Of a stretch of 34,244 nucleotides of DNA, positions 28,766-34,244 are shown in pieces. The DNA comes from Nanobdellota archaeon. GTDB taxonomy: Archaea; Nanobdellota; Nanobdellia; Pacearchaeales; GW2011-AR1. The position numbers were made by a program, and so were the translations under genes. The DNA lies in assembly GCA_030704765.1 (NCBI GenBank), contig JAUYDD010000067.1:1-34244 (forward strand). The letters are read 5' to 3'. Positions within the stretch are counted from its first letter, which is position 1. Each line of letters opens with the position of its first letter. Below the pieces are notes generated by a model, which saw only the letters and a list, made by a program, of their open reading frames with translations, ran no database searches and was not told the origin of the DNA.

Positions 28766-29077
28766 ATGATAATCGATAGAACACCCTTGAACCTTAATGA
28801 AGTTGAAGAAATAGTAAAAAGTATACCTGATAATCCTAAAAAAGAAGCTTTGGAAGAATATCTAAAGAAATTTCTCAAGACAAAAAAGGATCAAGCAAAA
28901 AAAATAAAAGAAGAACTCGAAAAATTAGATATGATTAAAATAAAAAAAGAACATATAGTAAAAATAGTGGATCTTCTTCCTAGTGATGCGTCTGATATAA
29001 ACAAAATATTCATTGATGTCAGTTTAAACGAGGATGAAACAAATAAAATACTCGGAATTGTCAAAAATTCAAAATAA
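28766..29077 (+). CDS. rpoF: RNA polymerase subunit F (Rpo4)
   Basis: EYLKKF, VKIVDLLP; conserved position between eL21 and DUF655. Confidence 0.88.
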   Translation: MIIDRTPLNLNEVEEIVKSIPDNPKKEALEEYLKKFLKTKKDQAKKIKEELEKLDMIKIKKEHIVKIVDLLPSDASDINKIFIDVSLNEDETNKILGIVKNSK

Positions 29078-29082
29078 GAAAA

Positions 29083-29625
29083 ATGATAGAAAAAGAAGAA
29101 TATGCAATAGTCCTAGACTATTTACCTTATGGCTATCCATTAGAAAAGAAAATGATGCCAATAGCCCAGGCTATAGGTATTAAAAAATTCACTCTTCTTC
29201 AACTCATACCTCGAAGAGGCATAAAATTAGAAATAGGAGAAAAAGTTTATATTGGAGATGGAAAAAGAGATAAGATTTATTACATATTAGGCAGGCTTCT
29301 TGAAGACAAATTGACTGAGACCGCAAAAAACCAATTGAATGAATTCGTAGGAAAAGAAATATCAGAAAATGAAAAAAAGTTTGTTGAATTCTTTAATACT
29401 GCTGGGGCTATAAACACTAGAATGCATCAATTTGAGTTATTGCCTGGTTTTGGAAAGAAACATACTGAAGCAATATTAAATGAAAGAAATAATAAACCTT
29501 TTGAATCTTTAGAAGACTTGAAGAACAGAGTTTCTAACCTGCCTGATCCAAAAAAAGCAATTGAAAGAAGATTTGTAGAGGAGATAATAAGTAAACAAAA
29601 ATACTATTTATTAATAGGAAACTAA
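29083..29625 (+). CDS. DUF655 nucleic-acid-binding protein (OB + HhH)
   Basis: EEYAIVLDYLP, RMHQFELLPGFGKK, PFESLEDL. Confidence 0.92.
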   Translation: MIEKEEYAIVLDYLPYGYPLEKKMMPIAQAIGIKKFTLLQLIPRRGIKLEIGEKVYIGDGKRDKIYYILGRLLEDKLTETAKNQLNEFVGKEISENEKKFVEFFNTAGAINTRMHQFELLPGFGKKHTEAILNERNNKPFESLEDLKNRVSNLPDPKKAIERRFVEEIISKQKYYLLIGN

Positions 29626-29626
29626 G

Positions 29627-30115
29627 ATGGCAGAACAATTACAAAAAGGAAAAATTCCAGAAAAAAAAGATTATGTTTCAATTGTGAGAATCCTGCAGAC
29701 AGATATTCCTGGAAACAAAAATACATTTACAGGCCTTACTTATCTTAAAGGAATATCCTGGTCAATGTCCAATGCTATATGTAAGATATTGAAACTTGAT
29801 CCTAATAAAAAAGTAATAGAATTAGATTCTAAAGATATTGAAAAGATAACTAGTTTTTTAAATAATATTCCCAATGAAGTCCCGGTTTTTTTATTAAACA
29901 GAAGGAAAGATTTTGATACAGGGAAAGATTTCCATTTGACTGGAAATAATCTTGAAATGAGAAAAGAGTTTGATGTCAGGAGACTTAAAAAAATAAGGTC
30001 TTATAGAGGGTTAAGACATGCTACAGGCCAACCTACAAGAGGGCAAAGGACAAAAAGCCATTTTAGAAATAAAAAGAAAAATAAACCTATTGGAGTGAGT
30101 AGGAACAAAAAATAA
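29627..30115 (+). CDS. rps13: 30S ribosomal protein uS13
   Basis: LNRRKD..TG..HL, SYRGLRH..GQPTRGQRT. Confidence 0.97.
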   Translation: MAEQLQKGKIPEKKDYVSIVRILQTDIPGNKNTFTGLTYLKGISWSMSNAICKILKLDPNKKVIELDSKDIEKITSFLNNIPNEVPVFLLNRRKDFDTGKDFHLTGNNLEMRKEFDVRRLKKIRSYRGLRHATGQPTRGQRTKSHFRNKKKNKPIGVSRNKK

Positions 30116-30116
30116 A

Positions 30117-30659
30117 ATGCCAAAAAGAAGCAGAAAAAAATATTCAAGACCGAGAAAACCTTATGACAAAACAAGGATAGATGAAGAGAACAAACTTAGA
30201 GAAGCTTATGGGTTAAAAAATAAAAGAGAGATATGGAAAGCTGATGCTGCTATAACTAGAGTCAGAAACCTTGCAAAAGAACTTATCACTAAATCTGTAG
30301 ACGAAAAAGAACTTTTCATAAAAAGACTGCAAAAAAGAGGATTTGATGTAAAAAGCATAGCAGAATCTCTTGCATTAGATAAAGAAGATTATCTTAAAAG
30401 AAGACTGCAGACTATAACCTATAAAAAAGGATTGACAACCACCCCTAAACAAGCAAGACAAATGATAGTTCATAAGCATATATCTATAGGTGATCAAATA
30501 GTGAATATACCTTCTTACCAAGTATCTTTAGATGAAGAACATTTAGTCAAGCTAAACATTGTATTAAAGATAAAAGAACAAAAAAAATCAAAAGAAGAAA
30601 AAATAAAAGAAGAGATCCTAGAAGAAGAAAACCTGAATAACCAAATTATGGAGATTTAA
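30117..30659 (+). CDS. rps4: 30S ribosomal protein uS4
   Basis: YGLKNKREIW, RRLQT, QARQMIVH.HI, IPSY. Confidence 0.97.
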   Translation: MPKRSRKKYSRPRKPYDKTRIDEENKLREAYGLKNKREIWKADAAITRVRNLAKELITKSVDEKELFIKRLQKRGFDVKSIAESLALDKEDYLKRRLQTITYKKGLTTTPKQARQMIVHKHISIGDQIVNIPSYQVSLDEEHLVKLNIVLKIKEQKKSKEEKIKEEILEEENLNNQIMEI

Positions 30660-30660
30660 G

Positions 30661-31101
30661 ATGAGTGAAAAAACAATAAAAAACAAAGAAACTGAAGAAG
30701 AAAAAAGAGAGAGTATAAAAAAGAAAGAAGAAAGAATAGGTATACTCAATATCTATACTACTTTTAATAATACTATAATCAATTTGACTGATATGGCTGG
30801 AAACACCTTGGCTAAGTTCTCTGGAGGACAATCTACAAAACAATCAAGATTAAAAGCTAATCCAACAATTGCTATGTTTGTTGCTCAAAGGATTGCTGAA
30901 GAAGCTAAAGACAACGGAATTACAGGGTTTTATGTCAGGATAAAAGCTGAAACAGGCCAGAATAATCCGGGACCTGGTGCTCATTCTGCTATCAAATCAC
31001 TTACAAGAGCTGGTTTTAAGATAGTAAGCATAATGGATACTACTAAAATGCCGAGAGGCGGACCTAAAAAGAAAGGAGGCAGGAGAGGTAGAAGAGTTTA
31101 A
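30661..31101 (+). CDS. rps11: 30S ribosomal protein uS11
   Basis: FNNTII.LTD..G, PGPGA, GGRRGRRV. Confidence 0.97.
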   Translation: MSEKTIKNKETEEEKRESIKKKEERIGILNIYTTFNNTIINLTDMAGNTLAKFSGGQSTKQSRLKANPTIAMFVAQRIAEEAKDNGITGFYVRIKAETGQNNPGPGAHSAIKSLTRAGFKIVSIMDTTKMPRGGPKKKGGRRGRRV

Positions 31102-31125
31102 AAACCTTATAAATTATTTTTTAAT

Positions 31126-31791
31126 ATGATAAAAACAATTAGCTCTAATGATAAAGAAGGAAAATTAAGCTTTATAACAGACATGTCCACTAGTCTTGCT
31201 AATGCTATTAGAAGAAGTGTCTTGGAAATACCCACAATGGCAATAGATGAGGCTGAAATAATAAAAAACGATTCTGCATTATACGATGAAATAATTGCCC
31301 ATAGAATGGGCTTGATTCCTATAAAAGCAGACAAAGGCACTAAAGAATTGAAATTCAAATTAAAAGAAGTCGGTCCAAAGACTGTTTATTCAACTGATTT
31401 GCATCCTTCTACAGATACTGAATATAAATTGCCTATTGTACTACTGGATGAAGAACAAGAACTTGAAGTCTTATGTGAAGCAAGATTAGGCAAAGGTATT
31501 GATCATATAAAATATTCTCCTGGACTAGTATATTACAGGCATAATATAGATCCTGGAATATTAGATTTTGTTGTGATTGATGATGAAGGAAAAGCTAGCT
31601 TTAATGAAGAAGAATTAAATCAGAAAAAACTAACAGAAGCAGATTTAAATAAAATTAAAAAAACCAAGAAGGTCAATGAACTTATCTTCAATATAGAATC
31701 CTGGGGACAGATAAAGTCCAAAGATATTTTCTTAAGAGCTGTAGACGCTTTAAATGAAAATCTAGAAGAACTGGAAAAAGCAATCAAATAA
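31126..31791 (+). CDS. rpoD: RNA polymerase subunit D (Rpo3), no Fe-S Cys motif
   Basis: ANAIRR, NDSALYDEIIAHRMGLIP, IESWGQ. Confidence 0.96.
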   Translation: MIKTISSNDKEGKLSFITDMSTSLANAIRRSVLEIPTMAIDEAEIIKNDSALYDEIIAHRMGLIPIKADKGTKELKFKLKEVGPKTVYSTDLHPSTDTEYKLPIVLLDEEQELEVLCEARLGKGIDHIKYSPGLVYYRHNIDPGILDFVVIDDEGKASFNEEELNQKKLTEADLNKIKKTKKVNELIFNIESWGQIKSKDIFLRAVDALNENLEELEKAIK

Positions 31792-31850
31792 TAGATTTCT
31801 ATTAAAAAATAAATATATATACTCGTTTTATTTTCACTTTGTTAGATTAA

Positions 31851-31934
31851 GCGGGAGTGCCAGAGTGGTCAAATGGAGCACGTTAAGGCCGTGCTGGCTT
31901 AGTGCCTACAGGGGTTCAAATCCTCTCTCCCGCA
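31851..31934 (+). tRNA. tRNA-Leu(AAG)
   Basis: GCACG-TTAAGGC-CGTGC places AAG at 31885-31887; long variable arm; A73. Confidence 0.92.
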
Positions 31935-32073
31935 TTCTAGAAAGGATTTGAATTATCAAAATCACAATAACCTTTATAAACCCCTTATTGTTACAAAACT
32001 TATCTTGCAAGTATAAAAGCGTTTAGCAGGAGTCAAATATAGACTTCTATAAACCCTTCTTTACTTCAATAAA

Positions 32074-32430
32074 ATGATATCAAAAACAAAAATACAAGAA
32101 AGATTAAGAGGGAAAAAAAACCTTTATCTAGTTGAAACAATAATCTTAGCAAAAAAGAACAATCATTTAGAATTAGCAAATAAACTAGCTGTTCCTACTA
32201 GAAGACAAGCTAAAATCAATCTGAATGAATTAAACAATCTAAATGAGAAACACATAATCTATCCTGGAAAGGTCCTTGCTAATGGAGACATTAATAAAAA
32301 AATGATTGTTGTTGCTTTAGGTTTTTCTAGTCAAGCAAAAGAAAAACTTAATAAAGCAGGATGCGAGACTAAAACAATAAAAGAAGAACTTTTAAAAAAT
32401 CCGGATTTGAAAGGAGTAAAAATATTATGA
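32074..32430 (+). CDS. rpl18e: 50S ribosomal protein eL18
   Basis: PTRRQAKINL, PGKVLANG, FSSQAKEKL, NP..KGVKI. Confidence 0.95.
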   Translation: MISKTKIQERLRGKKNLYLVETIILAKKNNHLELANKLAVPTRRQAKINLNELNNLNEKHIIYPGKVLANGDINKKMIVVALGFSSQAKEKLNKAGCETKTIKEELLKNPDLKGVKIL

Positions 32431-32470
32431 TACAATTAAATAATGTTCGATTTAAGAGGTAAATCTTCAC

Positions 32471-32875
32471 ATGGAAAAGATAATAATTGATGCTGAAGGA
32501 ATTGTCTTAGGAAGACTTGCGAGTTTTGTTGCAAAACAAGCTCTTGAAGGAAAAGAAATATCTATAGTCAATTCTGAAAAAGCAATAATCACTGGAAACA
32601 GAAAAAACATAATTGAAAAATACCAAAAGAAAAGAAAACTTGGTGGAACTGCTCAAAAAGGACCGTATTATGATAAACCTTCTTATATGATATTGAAAAG
32701 AGCGATAAGGGGAATGCTTCCAGACCATAGAAATGGAATAGGAAGAACAGCATTCAAGAACATCAAATGCTATGAAGGAATTCCTAATGAATTCAAGAAC
32801 TCAATATTCATGAAATTAAAAAGTCCTGAAAAAATAAATTATATAGATATTAAAGAAGTTTCAAAAAACTTGTAA
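32471..32875 (+). CDS. rpl13: 50S ribosomal protein uL13
   Basis: IDAEGIVLGRLAS, KRAIRGMLP. Confidence 0.97.
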   Translation: MEKIIIDAEGIVLGRLASFVAKQALEGKEISIVNSEKAIITGNRKNIIEKYQKKRKLGGTAQKGPYYDKPSYMILKRAIRGMLPDHRNGIGRTAFKNIKCYEGIPNEFKNSIFMKLKSPEKINYIDIKEVSKNL

Positions 32876-32876
32876 A

Positions 32877-33284
32877 ATGGAAAAAAATAAAACAACAATA
32901 AGCGGTAAAAGAAAGACATCTATTGCTAAAGCAACAATACTTGAAGGTAATGGAAAAATATGGATAAATAAAAGGCCGTATGAAAACCTGGATTTTTTTA
33001 GAAAACTAATGATTGATGAGCCTGTTGAGATAACCAAAAAAACACTCGGCCATTTTAATTTCAACATCTATGTCAATGCAAAAAGTGGTGGAAAAGAAAG
33101 CCAGATCCATGCATCAAGACTTGCTATTGCAAGAGCATTAGTAAAATTCACAGGCTCTAATGAACTGAAAAGAGCGTTTTTAAAATATGACAAAAACCTT
33201 CTTGTAGCTGACACTAGAAGAAAAGAAGCATATAAGCCCGGAGACTCTAAAGCAAGAGCGAAAAGGCAGAAGTCATTTAGATAG
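32877..33284 (+). CDS. rps9: 30S ribosomal protein uS9
   Basis: GKRKTSIAKA, LLVADTRRKE, ARAKRQKSFR. Confidence 0.97.
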   Translation: MEKNKTTISGKRKTSIAKATILEGNGKIWINKRPYENLDFFRKLMIDEPVEITKKTLGHFNFNIYVNAKSGGKESQIHASRLAIARALVKFTGSNELKRAFLKYDKNLLVADTRRKEAYKPGDSKARAKRQKSFR

Positions 33285-33330
33285 TTCTAATTAGGGTTAA
33301 TTTAAATAGAATTCAAAAAAAAATTAATAA

Positions 33331-34044
33331 TTATCCTGATGTAGAAGGTGCCATTAATCTTTGAGCTAATCCCTGAATCCTTTCTTTGTAGGAATCTATC
33401 ATTCTTTGGGCTGCTGTATAAGATTTCTCAACTGCATCTGCAGTTGCAATGGTTCTATCATATACCTCAGTTAGGTTTGGCAGATATCCTATTCTTCTCA
33501 ATCGATCATCATGAGTATTTGTTTCAGCATAAAAATGAAGCTTATCTTTATCTTCTATTAATTCAACGCCATTATTTGTAGCAAGATATTTTCGAGAAGC
33601 ACCACTTATCTCACTAAGAGCTTGTCTTAAAGCAATTAATTCTTCTGAACCTTCAAATTCTTCTAATGATTTATAAATATGTTTAGAACTGGCACTTATA
33701 TTACGAGCTATTGAAAAAGGGTTAGGATGCGCAAAATAAAGCTCAATTTCAAGAGTAGTATTTGGAAGCTTTGTTCCATTTAATAATACAAAAGGAATTT
33801 CTTTTCCATCATAAGATACTACTTTTAGAGAATCAGTTCCTAAATATTCTCCAAGACTTTTAAAAAAATCTCTTACAACATCTGCATCTCTTTGAAACAT
33901 TGATTGAGTTCTTATTGCCCAGTCTAATTCTCCAAGATTTAAAACTGATTTACCTGTTTTTGAAAGAGCAAATAACCATTCACAAAAAGCTTTATGGCCT
34001 GGAAGTGTTGGACCTTGCACACGATTCTCTATATTTTCTTGCAT
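33331..34044 (-). CDS. Hypothetical protein
   Basis: Long ORF; ATG (MQENI) ~30 bp after a TATA-like TATTTAAA; no recognisable motif. Confidence 0.7.
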   Translation of the reverse strand: MQENIENRVQGPTLPGHKAFCEWLFALSKTGKSVLNLGELDWAIRTQSMFQRDADVVRDFFKSLGEYLGTDSLKVVSYDGKEIPFVLLNGTKLPNTTLEIELYFAHPNPFSIARNISASSKHIYKSLEEFEGSEELIALRQALSEISGASRKYLATNNGVELIEDKDKLHFYAETNTHDDRLRRIGYLPNLTEVYDRTIATADAVEKSYTAAQRMIDSYKERIQGLAQRLMAPSTSG

Positions 34045-34083
34045 TAATAAAATATGAATACTTGATTTAAATATATTTCTAAG

Positions 34084-34244
34084 ATAGGATATCAAAAAAA
34101 TTTCCTGAAAAATCGCCTACTCCATCCTGAAGGATGGAGTTTGATCGGCGATTTTTCTGATTCGGAAATTTTTAGGATGCTCGGAAATTGAATGCAAGTA
34201 AACTACCTCATCTTAAAAGATGAGGTTTTCAATTTCCGACATAA
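34084..34244 (-). repeat. Modular multi-hairpin element, copy E
   Basis: ataggatatcaaaaaaatttcc..actccatcctgaaggatggagt..tcggaaattgaa..cctcatcttaaaagatgagg..ttcaatttccgacataa. Confidence 0.92.

Noticed and set aside
34045-34095. N-terminal extension of ORF 33331-34095
   Set aside because: Starts inside the hairpin element and spans a TATA-like box; the ATG at 34044 is preferred

Overview
AT-rich archaeal window. The gene set (eL21, Rpo4, DUF655, uS13-uS4-uS11-Rpo3, eL18-uL13-uS9, Rpo10, Rpp21, secF-secD order) is archaeal; short divergent proteins and an unlinked 5S rRNA suggest a DPANN/Nanoarchaeota lineage such as Pacearchaeota (inference). 1-9.9 kb: minus-strand glycan-modification cluster with an unusual 837-aa GtrA/ribulose-P epimerase/nucleotidyltransferase/histidine-phosphatase fusion. 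9.9-16.4 kb: secDF, ahcY, PfkB kinase, three tRNAs, 5S rRNA, rpoN. 16.5-19.7 kb: accessory cassettes separated by three copies of a TCTGGGGAGC-core repeat, one encoding a receptor-like membrane protein with a Cys-rich ectodomain and a cytoplasmic HNH domain. 19.8-28 kb: DapA-like, Rpp21, NUDIX, Dus and a COG1361/ABC exporter operon. 28-33.3 kb: ribosomal/RNAP superoperon including a tRNA-Leu with an AAG anticodon, which is rare in archaea. A family of modular, nested hairpin elements sits immediately 3' of genes at five or six loci, including both window ends. All calls are from reading the sequence; no searches were run.
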